NCBI GenBank assembly: GCA_963702845.1
Contig: OY969763.1
Span: forward strand, 1,504,001-1,568,000
Direction: 5' to 3'
Source: an uncultured Verrucomicrobiae bacterium
GTDB lineage: Bacteria > Verrucomicrobiota > Verrucomicrobiia > Limisphaerales > Palsa-1400
Length of the DNA stretch: 64,000 nt
The translations under genes and the position numbers were made by a program. How positions within the stretch are numbered: position 1 is the first letter of the stretch; each line of letters starts with the position of its first letter. Below, in pieces: positions 40,280-49,022 of this stretch. Below the pieces are notes generated by a model, which saw only the letters and a list, made by a program, of their open reading frames with translations, was not told where the DNA came from and searched no databases.

Positions 40280-41038
40280 ATGAATGATGGAATTACCTCA
40301 GGAGCTTGGACAGAGTTCCTCAACAAGATCAGAAAAGCAAAAAGCGCCTTAGGAAATCCAGATACGCTTTGGTATCGCGGTCATCCGAACTCTCAGTTTT
40401 ATCTGCTTGCCAATTTGCTCAGATATGAAAACGGGATCGAGAAGGAGCAGCAGCTATTCAATAGTTTTCAGAAGTTTGCTGACAGGATTTTGAAGCGTCG
40501 AGAGAGCGAATGGGAGACTCTTTTTGAGATGCAGCACTATGGCGTGCCAACTCGCTTGCTTGATTGGACGGAGACGTTTGGCATAGCGCTTTTCTTCGCC
40601 GCGACATATAACCAATCGCACCATCCCGACAAAGATGCGGCTGTTTACTTACTGAATCCTGTAGCTTTGAACAAAATTAGTGGAATCAACAAAGTTTATC
40701 GCGTGCCAAAAGATGAGGCCCGCTTCGGCTACACCAAAATCTATTGGCAGCAGGATCCATTCGCGGCCACCGCACCGATTGCCATCGAGCCTATTTTTAT
40801 TAATGATCGGATGTTGGCGCAGCGAGGTATGTTCACGGTTCATCACGACCAGATTGAGCCAATCGAAGAGCAATTCCCCAATGCCATCAAGAAGGTTATA
40901 CTGCCAAATAACGTCATCCCGGCAGCTCTAGAGTTTTTGGACCTTTCCAATATCACTCGGTATTCTGTGTTCCCAGATATTGCCGGCATCGCTGGCTATC
41001 TGAAGGGGACATCTGGGCTGGTTCCTCGATGGAAATGA
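40280..41038 (+). CDS. FRG domain protein 1
   Basis: WYRGH, MQHYGVPTRLLDWT, ALFFA, RMLAQRGMF, SVFPD. Confidence 0.92.
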   Translation: MNDGITSGAWTEFLNKIRKAKSALGNPDTLWYRGHPNSQFYLLANLLRYENGIEKEQQLFNSFQKFADRILKRRESEWETLFEMQHYGVPTRLLDWTETFGIALFFAATYNQSHHPDKDAAVYLLNPVALNKISGINKVYRVPKDEARFGYTKIYWQQDPFAATAPIAIEPIFINDRMLAQRGMFTVHHDQIEPIEEQFPNAIKKVILPNNVIPAALEFLDLSNITRYSVFPDIAGIAGYLKGTSGLVPRWK

Positions 41039-41115
41039 CAAACGCTCATAATTGCGGCGTTCAAAGCGGAGTCCAGAGGTTGCAAATCTCTGGCGTTCCG
41101 CCTTGTGGCGCGACA

Positions 41116-41203
41116 GGGGGATGGGGGGCGGCGGATGCGCTGCGGTGTTTGGTCGCGACGAAGCTGCGTGTCATCATGCAACGGAAGTTGAGGGGGGCTC
41201 TAA
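41116..41203 (+). pseudogene. Terminase large subunit C-terminal remnant C
   Basis: AADALRCLVATKLRVIMQRKLRG(L*), DNA clearly similar to 39290-39366. Confidence 0.8.
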
Positions 41204-41204
41204 G

Positions 41205-41385
41205 CGTTAGCACGCGGGGACTAGTGTCTATCTCTGCATCAACCAAACCGGCATCTTTCATCAGCGCAATCTGGTACGCCTCGCTGGGTGTTTGCGCCCA
41301 ATATCGCCCGTACCTCGCTGTCTTCAAAATCACGCGCCTCGGCCTTCTGAAGTATCTGCCGCACCAATTCCATGTCGCGTTTCAT
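41205..41385 (-). pseudogene. Truncated DUF2513-like gene
   Basis: MKRDMELVRQILQKAE...(fs) AYQIALMKDAGLVDA, cut off at terminase remnant C. Confidence 0.7.
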
Positions 41386-41401
41386 CGTAGTGTCCTGTGA
41401 G

Positions 41402-42310
41402 TTAATGATTCTCGTTCTCCTGGTCAATTTCTGCCAAAAGTAGCTCAATCACGTAGCTCCCAAGTTCCGTAGTTGTGTATCTCTGCCGATTCTCCAACCA
41501 TACAACGTCATCCGATATCAGGAAGGTTGGCGTAAAATGAGATTGTCTCAGTATTTTGAAGGGGTCGCTCTTGGAGATGCTCAATGTGAGTACCGATGCG
41601 TCATTATAAATGCCTCCCAAGCCGTGGAGTTCAACGAGCAGCGTCAAGCCGTGTCTTGCTCGCAACAAAATTTGTAACAGAGAGCCTTGTCCATGAAACG
41701 TGAGCCGTAACGACGCATGGGATTTGGAGATTTCTTCGGCTGTGCGTTGTACGGAACGGGATAATTCTGCGAACGCAGCCTGCACAAGAGAGACTCCTGC
41801 TTCGCTTTGTGACAGTCGCTCGTTGTTTTCCTTTTCCCGTAGATTGGCATCGACTGTTTTCGCTCGTTCAAGGGCCTTCGAAGGTTGGCTAACGCTTATC
41901 TTGCGTTCGGCAACGTCAATTGCGCGCTGAATCTCGAGGACAACACGGTCGATGCCATCGTTGGCGTTGACGGCCAGCCGGCCCGCAAGAATTGGCGAGA
42001 ATTTTCGGACGCCATCGAAAGCAATGTTTTTCCACACCGGCAGGATTACTTTTCGATTGGTCTCTTCCAGGGCAAAAAATCCATCGAGCTCATTTTGCGG
42101 CCATTTTTTTTGAAAAAACGCCGGACTCAAAACTACGACGCCGTAGTCGCATGATCGCAAGCCCTCGTTGATCTTTCCAGAAAGGCTGTCGCCAATCGTC
42201 AGCACGTATTTGTCGAACCAGACTTCATATATTGTTCTTAGACGGGCCGCCAATGGAGCAACGAAGTCCTGATCTTCCCAAGCGTAGCTGACGAATATAC
42301 GCGTCTTCAT
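41402..42310 (-). CDS. TIR domain protein 2 with unknown C-terminal domain
   Basis: IFVSYAWED, VWFD...IGDSL..KINEGL..CDYGVVVLSP..F.KKWPQNEL, ILPVW. Confidence 0.92.
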   Translation of the reverse strand: MKTRIFVSYAWEDQDFVAPLAARLRTIYEVWFDKYVLTIGDSLSGKINEGLRSCDYGVVVLSPAFFQKKWPQNELDGFFALEETNRKVILPVWKNIAFDGVRKFSPILAGRLAVNANDGIDRVVLEIQRAIDVAERKISVSQPSKALERAKTVDANLREKENNERLSQSEAGVSLVQAAFAELSRSVQRTAEEISKSHASLRLTFHGQGSLLQILLRARHGLTLLVELHGLGGIYNDASVLTLSISKSDPFKILRQSHFTPTFLISDDVVWLENRQRYTTTELGSYVIELLLAEIDQENENH

Positions 42311-42321
42311 CCTGTCAAAGG

Positions 42322-42609
42322 TTAAGCTGACTTAAGGTGGAAGATTATAGCGTCCGATAGGCTCAGCGTTCCAAGATAAGCGAGTCCAAGGGAATCCACT
42401 AAGGCTTCAAGGTGTTCCAATTGCGGCGGTGTGTTCGGTATTTTTTTGGCGAGTTCATCGCCTTTGCCCATGAACTTGATTCTAGATTCGTCGAGGGGTA
42501 TTCCGATGGCCTGCGACTCAAACCTTTGGATTATCAGGTGATTGTCCTCCGAATCCCATTCTTGGGTTATTTGCTTATCGCTGACATTAACGCACGCGGT
42601 GATCTTCAT
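42322..42609 (-). CDS. Hypothetical protein (95 aa)
   Basis: ORF ends 11 bp before TIR2; preceded on the minus strand by TTGACA-N17-CAGCCT-GAGGA-ATG. Confidence 0.55.
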   Translation of the reverse strand: MKITACVNVSDKQITQEWDSEDNHLIIQRFESQAIGIPLDESRIKFMGKGDELAKKIPNTPPQLEHLEALVDSLGLAYLGTLSLSDAIIFHLKSA

Positions 42610-42669
42610 TCCTCAGGCTGTGCGTCTTTGGCTGAAGCTGTCAAGTAACCGTTAGCATCTTGTGACGCG

Positions 42670-42772
42670 AACCCTGTCAAAATGTTTTTGTACAGAAAAA
42701 TGGCGCGTAGGGGCGAGGTGGGGCGTGGGCTTCAAAGGGCTTCGGAAAATTTTTCAAAAACAGGTGGTAAAA
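42670..42772. repeat. Conserved-end phased-array element, copy 1 (3 x 10 bp)
   Basis: AACCCTGTCAAAA..TTTTT..ACAGAAAAA [ggcgcgtagg ggcgaggtgg ggcgtgggct] CTTCGGAAAATTTTTCAAAAACAGGTGGTAAAA. Confidence 0.85.
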
Positions 42773-42886
42773 CTCGGGCGTGCGAGGAATTGGAGATTTT
42801 GAGATTTGAGATTTGAAATGGCGGGCGCGAAGTGCGCGAAGGGGCGAAGTCGTTAGCAGATAGCGAATAGCAGATAAATGGAGTCC

Positions 42887-42925
42887 GATAACGCAGCGTA
42901 TCCGCTGTGACTCAATCGCCCACCT
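42887..42925 (-). pseudogene. Highly degenerate terminase C-terminal remnant D
   Basis: ggtgggcgattgagtcacagcggatacgctgcgttat reads as GGD(D)TADTLRY when indels are allowed. Confidence 0.5.
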
Positions 42926-43268
42926 AAACAAATCGTGCAACATGATATCAGGCAACGCTCCACTTACCGCCGCGTTTTTCCAAAACTGCAGTCAGCATCG
43001 CAGAGTGCGCCCAGGGGCCGACGCCTGACCGAGGTTTGAAGGATCGGCGCGCAAGGCAGATGGATGTTGCCGTTGATCGTCGATCGGCAACGCAGCGATG
43101 CGTTTTCTTCGGCCAACTCTTTCGGCGTCGGGTTGCGGCCGGTATTTTGTTCAACGCGCAAGGGACTCTGCAGGAAGCGCGCCACCTATAAAACCCTTGT
43201 TCGCGTATTAAAAATATGTGCACAGTTGTCACATATTAATTGTCTAGGCCACTGCGCACACTTTCTTT

Positions 43269-44132
43269 ATGACCTACAAATACGATTTAGCCATTTCATT
43301 CGCAGGAGAGCAGCGTAGTCTGGCAGACACATTTGCGCGGCGCTTGGACGCATCTGGATATTCAGTCTTCTACGATGAGTTTCAACAAGCCGAGTTGTGG
43401 GGGCGAGACTTGTCGGTTGCCCTGAGCAGTGTCTATTCGCAGGAAGCCCGCTACTGCTTGATTGTGCTTTCCAAGGATTACGTGGCGAAGCCGTGGACCA
43501 ACCACGAACGCCAAAGTGCGATATCGCAGTTCATCCAACGCCGTAGGGACTACATCCTCTGCCTCAAAGTCGAAGACATTGAGTTGCCGGGTTTCCCAGC
43601 GGTCAACGGCTACATCTCTCTTGATCGATTCGACGTAGAAGCCATTTACAAGCTCCTCCTCCAAAAGCTTGGGCGCCCGGACCACGAAAACCAAGTTTCC
43701 CATCTCGACCCCGGCGACAGCGCAATTGCCCAACAGGTTATCGAGGCGTGTTTTCGACGCGCCATCTACACCCGAATGGATTCCGAGATCGACATGCGCT
43801 CCATGTATTACTCAATCGGAAAGGCCCTCGGCACGGTACAGCAACTGACGGCGCGGATTCGCGATCAGGCCCTCCAACATGCCTGTGGCGAGATCATTAT
43901 AGCTCTCGACGAAATAGAGCGCGCCCAGACTCGCTCTGATGCTGGAGTGTCGAATCACCTCCCACAACCCATCCGGCAGCAACTCGACCTAAGCAAACAA
44001 AAGGTTGTTCGCCTGCTTCTTGAGATCCGTCGCGCTACTAAGATTCCGATGCAGTTACCCTTCGCAATCCAGACCGACCATTTTTGGGGACCAGAGGAAG
44101 CCGATCAAAAACCGCGAGAGAACGCTGCCTAA
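43269..44132 (+). CDS. TIR domain protein 3 with helical C-terminal domain
   Basis: YDLAISFAGEQR, GYSVFYD...LWGRDL, YCLIVLSKDY..KPWTNHE. Confidence 0.92.
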   Translation: MTYKYDLAISFAGEQRSLADTFARRLDASGYSVFYDEFQQAELWGRDLSVALSSVYSQEARYCLIVLSKDYVAKPWTNHERQSAISQFIQRRRDYILCLKVEDIELPGFPAVNGYISLDRFDVEAIYKLLLQKLGRPDHENQVSHLDPGDSAIAQQVIEACFRRAIYTRMDSEIDMRSMYYSIGKALGTVQQLTARIRDQALQHACGEIIIALDEIERAQTRSDAGVSNHLPQPIRQQLDLSKQKVVRLLLEIRRATKIPMQLPFAIQTDHFWGPEEADQKPRENAA

Positions 44133-44142
44133 ACAATCGCGA

Positions 44143-44213
44143 GCCCAACCATCGTGCTGCGGTTGCCAGCCACGCGACCCGTGGGTCGCGCCGCTGAACT
44201 TGGGTCGTTAGCC
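44143..44213 (+). other. Integron attC-like site
   Basis: GCCCAAC (RYYYAAC) 10 bp after the TIR3 stop, internal CGCGACCC-GT-GGGTCGCG hairpin, ends GCTGAACTTGGGTCGTTAGCC (GTTRRRY-like); 71 bp. Confidence 0.65.
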
Positions 44214-44270
44214 CTCGTTCACAACCCCGTCGGCTGCATTGTTTAGGTCAATCTGGTCGGTGGAAATGAA

Positions 44271-46301
44271 TTATTCTCCTTTGCCCTTTCGGGCCTTTAT
44301 CACGTTGTCAACCTCCTCAAGGATTCCCATTTGTGCGCACGTCTTCCGAAAATATGCATTCTGCAAGGTGAGGTTGAACTGGTTCGACAGGTTCACCGCG
44401 TCAGTGAACCAAGGTAGCGTCGCTGCGTGCGGGGCATCCGTGTAGAAGCTCAAAATCATGCCCATCAAGTAACAAAACTCCGGTTCGAAAGCCGGGATCT
44501 TATCGACGACTTTGTCCACGTTCGACTCAATCTCCTCGCGAATCCGTAACAACATCTGTTTGTCTGTCGATGGGTCTTGGAATCCGACCATCAGGATCTT
44601 GAGATACTCCACGATGGTTTCAAGGTACTGCGGGACCCGATTGAGATCGGAGTAGTAATTCCCGGCTTCCTGGATGTGGCGAAAAGCCTCCAGAAAATCC
44701 TGGTGCTTTCTGGCGCCAATGGCGATGGCGAGCGCGCTAAGCGCCAAGAGGTGTGGCTCATGGTACTTTTGGGCGAGGCACCTCGCCCGGGCGGCATCAT
44801 CCAGGCCCGACGCAAGCACGGCGGGGTTGGAGTCGCGGAATTTGATCATGGCCCTGCGACTGAGCAGTTGAGAAAGCCGAGGTTCGTCCCACTCCCGTTC
44901 CATTTCGTAGATCGCGCGGTCCAGATACACCATCACATCGGCAAAATATACCAAGGCGTAAAAGGAATAGTAGTAGATGACATCGGCCCATTCGGTGGTG
45001 GTGGGCTGCCTGCGAAACAGGTCAGTCAGGCTTTTCGGAAAATCTTTGAAGAGGACGGGATTCGCGTTGTACGTCTGCACCAGGGCGAGCAACCCCAGCG
45101 TTTCCGGAGATGTGTTCCGCTCGTGGTGGAGGTTAAGCTTTGCAGGATTCGTCAGATATTGTTGAACTCCGTCCGGGGTTTCACCGAACGGAACCTGGAC
45201 GATGCTGACTTCTATGGCTTGGGCGCGTTGCACCTTGTTCTGGAAATTGAACGCGTACGACCGGCCATGATTAAGGAGAAATCGTTCCAGAGAATCGGTC
45301 TTGTAGTCCATCTGCTGCCGTTCTTTCCAGACCCGGTCGTAGAGGTACCGGGCGGCTGCCTCGTCCCCGTTCGCTTCCGCCAAAGCGAACATCATATTCG
45401 CCGCATCCATCGGGTTGAGAGCTTGAATCTTCTCCCGCAACCGTTCCGCAAGAGTTCGGAGTTCCCGATTCGGTGGCACAAACGGAGAACAGGGAATCGA
45501 GGCGTCCGTCAGTCTCGCTTCCAGGAACGTCGTCGCGTCCGCCTCGACAGCAGTGGCCTTTTCGGGGCCATAAAGGGCGATCAGTTCCCTGATGCTGTCC
45601 CGGACGCGGGTCGCAGGCTGGTGCAGAAAAGTGAATCCTCTCGCAAACAAAGCGGCGTCACGGAACCCCAAATAGTTCAGATTGTCATCGAAATCGGCGC
45701 CGGAAAACCCGGCAAACAGAAACAGGTGCTCGCTCAGCAAAGACGCCAATGCCCGTTCCAAGCTCCTGGCCCGGCCCTTAAGCCGTTGCTTGCGCGTGTC
45801 CACCATCGATTCGGGCGAGGAGCAACAGCCGTGGATCTTGATGACCGGAATCTCGCCGGGGGGCTGCTGCTCGAAGGCATTGAAATCCGCTTCGTTAATC
45901 AACGCACGAAACGGAACGCGCGCGTCGACAAATGCACGTTCGAAGTTCTGGTCAAAATTGGTCGTCACCACAGCTCTTATGAGCCCCGTGCGGGCTCCAT
46001 TGGCGGTATAATGATGGAAGGCATTGTAGAAGTCTGAGTCTACAACGGTGAGCAGGTCGAAGTATTTCATACCTACGCGTTCCACCATCACCTGCGCTTG
46101 ATAATCCGGAGGAAAGGCATATTGCTTTCTTTTCGCTTTGATATGACCGAACACATCGCCACGAACCCGGTCCGGCAGGTTGTAAGGGGTCATCCTGTCC
46201 CAAAGCGCCTCCAATATGGCATCGTTCAGGTCGAACCACCCCGGCAGAGAGGCAGGGGGCCCAACCGAGCAACCCGCACCAGCGAAGATCACAAGGCTCA
46301 T
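44271..46301 (-). CDS. SIR2-like (SIR2_2) domain protein with TPR-like helical C-terminus
   Basis: VIFAGAGCS...LPGW, VTTNFD, IKIHG, FAGFSGAD; helical repeats after about aa 300. Confidence 0.88.
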   Translation of the reverse strand: MSLVIFAGAGCSVGPPASLPGWFDLNDAILEALWDRMTPYNLPDRVRGDVFGHIKAKRKQYAFPPDYQAQVMVERVGMKYFDLLTVVDSDFYNAFHHYTANGARTGLIRAVVTTNFDQNFERAFVDARVPFRALINEADFNAFEQQPPGEIPVIKIHGCCSSPESMVDTRKQRLKGRARSLERALASLLSEHLFLFAGFSGADFDDNLNYLGFRDAALFARGFTFLHQPATRVRDSIRELIALYGPEKATAVEADATTFLEARLTDASIPCSPFVPPNRELRTLAERLREKIQALNPMDAANMMFALAEANGDEAAARYLYDRVWKERQQMDYKTDSLERFLLNHGRSYAFNFQNKVQRAQAIEVSIVQVPFGETPDGVQQYLTNPAKLNLHHERNTSPETLGLLALVQTYNANPVLFKDFPKSLTDLFRRQPTTTEWADVIYYYSFYALVYFADVMVYLDRAIYEMEREWDEPRLSQLLSRRAMIKFRDSNPAVLASGLDDAARARCLAQKYHEPHLLALSALAIAIGARKHQDFLEAFRHIQEAGNYYSDLNRVPQYLETIVEYLKILMVGFQDPSTDKQMLLRIREEIESNVDKVVDKIPAFEPEFCYLMGMILSFYTDAPHAATLPWFTDAVNLSNQFNLTLQNAYFRKTCAQMGILEEVDNVIKARKGKGE

Positions 46302-46391
46302 ATTTGTTTCATTAACTTCCTTTGAGGGCGCCGGCGGGAGGAAGGCGTCGCTCGATCCTCGAAAAGCGGTATCGCACGATGATCGTTCTAA

Positions 46392-47924
46392 TCAAGGGAT
46401 CCCAAACGTGATTAAATTCGCGGGATTGAACAGGATTGGCTGGCGGCCGATCGCCGCTTGAGACGGAATAACTTCTGTGGAAAAAATTTCCCGGAATCGG
46501 TTGAAGTCAAACATCAATCGCGGATTGTAAATCATTTTAAAATAATCACGGACGCTCTTAATCTTCTTGCGGAAATCCGGTTTGAGGAGCTCGTTCAGAT
46601 CCGGTCGAAGCGCGCGCCGGAGAGCGTCGAACGAAACATAACCCTTGGACCCGCAGCCATCGACGGCAGCAAAGCCCGCTTCCATGCCCGGTCCGCAGAA
46701 ATCAGCAAAGATCTTCATCTGGGTCCCACGGTCGGTGGTGCGAGCAAGGCCGTAGGCCATCAGTCCAATCGCGCCGCCACACGCCGTCGCGATTTCATCG
46801 TCGGAGTAAGGCAACCTTCGCATCCCGTTCCAAATAAGCCTAAGTGTGTCACAGAGAGTGTCCGCAGAGAGACTGTTGGCAGTCAACGGAACCGGAAGCG
46901 GTTGAACCATCCAATCAACCGCTTTGTTGCGGATCGTTCGATCGCTGCGCAAGACCTGTTGAACGCCGTACGTCACAGCCTGTTGTAGATCCCGCGGTGA
47001 CGTAATGGGTCTCAAGTTCAAACGCATGAGCGGCCCTTTTGTATCGTGGTACTTTTCGTCAATGGCCGCTCCCCATGGCTGGAGCTGCGATGGAGTCCAT
47101 GAATCGAGCGGAACCAGTATTTCTGGATTCAAAAACGCCTGTTCGTAGAAGCCGTTCGGAAAACTGTTCCACTTTACATAACTTCCTCCGGGGCCACCGT
47201 CCGCGCGCGACTTCGTCACCCATTCTCGCATTTGTTCATTGGAGAAAGTTAAATTCTCCAGGTCAAAGTACTGATCCAGCAATTGTTCGAGTGCACTCTT
47301 GTGCGCGGGATAGATGTCTTCCTTTGTGGGAAACGGTGGCGGACCAGTTCGGGGAAACACAATACGGTCCATGGGAAAATCAACCTCCCAATTATAAGTT
47401 GCGTAGATAAAAACACCATGCTGTGCCTGCAAGCGCCAGAGATTTCGGACGTCGAGCGTAATCAATTCGATGGCCGCGCCACGACGTTCATCCAAATCCT
47501 TCATTACGTCCCATACTTCCATCAACTCGCGCGTATCGAGGCAATAAATACATGCCGGGTGTTCGTCCGGCGCGGCTGTGGTGTCGGTGGCAAAAAAGCC
47601 AGCCACCCCGGGCTCGGTAGTGAAGTCAATGTAGCGGGTGGGGACGCCATAATGTTGGAGGATGGCAAAAAAGTTGTGCACAGAAGCCGCATCTTGCAAG
47701 TAGCGCAACGTCTCGTGATCGGCCAACCACTTATAGAACATTCTAATCCGGCGGTTGTAATGCTCCAAATCCGCGGGTTGCCACTGCGTTTGACGACGCA
47801 AAATCGAGGAGTGCGGCGGCCAGTCACGTACCTGTCCCCGAAACCAGTCATAGCGTCCCTCCTGCTTAAACTGCTGGGCCATTTCAACGGCTCTTTCTAC
47901 CGAATCAACTTCAAACGTTTCCAT
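46392..47924 (-). CDS. FRG domain protein 2 with long C-terminal extension
   Basis: WFRGQ, LQHYGVPTRYIDFT, AGFFA, RLQAQHGVF. Confidence 0.88.
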   Translation of the reverse strand: METFEVDSVERAVEMAQQFKQEGRYDWFRGQVRDWPPHSSILRRQTQWQPADLEHYNRRIRMFYKWLADHETLRYLQDAASVHNFFAILQHYGVPTRYIDFTTEPGVAGFFATDTTAAPDEHPACIYCLDTRELMEVWDVMKDLDERRGAAIELITLDVRNLWRLQAQHGVFIYATYNWEVDFPMDRIVFPRTGPPPFPTKEDIYPAHKSALEQLLDQYFDLENLTFSNEQMREWVTKSRADGGPGGSYVKWNSFPNGFYEQAFLNPEILVPLDSWTPSQLQPWGAAIDEKYHDTKGPLMRLNLRPITSPRDLQQAVTYGVQQVLRSDRTIRNKAVDWMVQPLPVPLTANSLSADTLCDTLRLIWNGMRRLPYSDDEIATACGGAIGLMAYGLARTTDRGTQMKIFADFCGPGMEAGFAAVDGCGSKGYVSFDALRRALRPDLNELLKPDFRKKIKSVRDYFKMIYNPRLMFDFNRFREIFSTEVIPSQAAIGRQPILFNPANLITFGIP

Positions 47925-47971
47925 AAAAGTGAAGTGGACTTGCAGGACTGGTGATGTGGCGATCCTCCCGA

Positions 47972-48802
47972 TTAACGTTTTGGCGGTGGAGGCGGATTTG
48001 GCGCACCAGGATTGCCGGCTGTCGGTCCGGGCGATTGCGGATTGGGACCGGGAGCAGGCTGGCTGGAGTTCGCGGTTTGCGGCACGGCATCAGCGCCAGA
48101 CTTCGGTTTCACGAAGAACACGTCAGCGATGTCTTTGAGTTTCAATACGGCGTTTTCACTGAACAGGCCGATCAGCGCTGCCAGAGCGCAAAAACCGAAC
48201 GGGCTGGTTTCACTAAAATTTGCCGTTGGCGAAAAGAAGCCGCCGCGAACGACAAAGTAAAAGATCGCGGCCAATCCTAATCCCATGAAAGGTCTCAAGT
48301 AATAATACAACAACCAGCTCGTCACAAAGCCACGGTTGCCCACATACCATGAAATTGACCGTAGAGCATGAACACAAGCTCCAAGCGCCCCCGCCAGGAG
48401 GACGAGCACAAAAAGCCGGGCGTCGTTGTACAGGACGAATTTCCGCCAAAACAGGCTGGCTTGCTGTGGGTCGTAATAGATGCTTTCTTCCCGCTCGGCA
48501 CCTTCACCAATCTTCGAGCCTTGAGTGTCATTACTGGTCGGAGATGTTATCCCGGGCGGAGGGACGCCGGAGGATTGCGCGTTGGTGGACGGGCCATGAA
48601 TCTGACTGGACTCAACGCGTTTGAGTCCACTGGGGGTCGGCCGAGGCCAAAGCGCGATAAAACAGTATACAATCAAAACAACGAGTAACGCGTAGGTGAT
48701 GCAAAGCAGCGCAAGATCGCCGACGGAGGCGAGCTCTTTTCCTGGTCCCTGGCCGGGTTTGAACACCGTAGGCGGGGGAGGGCCATATGATGGCGCGTTC
48801 AT
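47972..48802 (-). CDS. Four-TM membrane protein with Pro-rich tails
   Basis: LAGALGACVH...YVGNR...W..YY.LRP..G...A...Y...RGG, GLFS..A..KL; probable start MNAPSY. Confidence 0.75.
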   Translation of the reverse strand: MNAPSYGPPPPTVFKPGQGPGKELASVGDLALLCITYALLVVLIVYCFIALWPRPTPSGLKRVESSQIHGPSTNAQSSGVPPPGITSPTSNDTQGSKIGEGAEREESIYYDPQQASLFWRKFVLYNDARLFVLVLLAGALGACVHALRSISWYVGNRGFVTSWLLYYYLRPFMGLGLAAIFYFVVRGGFFSPTANFSETSPFGFCALAALIGLFSENAVLKLKDIADVFFVKPKSGADAVPQTANSSQPAPGPNPQSPGPTAGNPGAPNPPPPPKR

Positions 48803-48809
48803 AAGCGGT

Positions 48810-49007
48810 TCAGGATTGTTTCCAAAGTCGCAACGTCCACCCGTGCCATTCGGGTTCCGAGCTGTCCACGCGCTCAAGCGTTCCGATATCTTCCTTGTTC
48901 CATACAAGCAAGCACGCGTTTAGCGCGAGACGGCGGTCGTCAGCGCTTTTTGCGACGCGGCCAATGCTGGCTTCGTCGGTCATCCACAGGTCGGCAGTAT
49001 CGCTCAT
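48810..49007 (-). CDS. Small hypothetical protein (65 aa)
   Basis: Fills the gap between two co-oriented genes (15 bp and 7 bp spacers). Confidence 0.45.
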   Translation of the reverse strand: MSDTADLWMTDEASIGRVAKSADDRRLALNACLLVWNKEDIGTLERVDSSEPEWHGWTLRLWKQS

Positions 49008-49022
49008 AGTTTTTTTTGTGTT

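Noticed and set aside
42790..42880. Heptamer runs (GAGATTT, GCAGATA); similar short runs at 17595, 39146 and 53658
   Set aside because: Ordinary 7-9 bp short tandem intergenic repeats, distinct from the 10-bp arrays.
42948..43232. Sigma factor region 3-like peptide (EQNTGRNPTPKELAEE) and SnoaL-like tail (TAVLEKRGGKW)
   Set aside because: The matches are too short and in different frames; possibly gene debris but not assignable.
44577..46037. 486 aa ORF on the + strand (also 54009-55049, 59958-61190, 28947-29870)
   Set aside because: Antisense or alternate-frame shadows of well-supported genes, with no motifs.
39409..46301. Canonical Thoeris system
   Set aside because: The SIR2 protein has no recognisable SLOG or Macro domain and is not co-oriented in an operon with a TIR gene.
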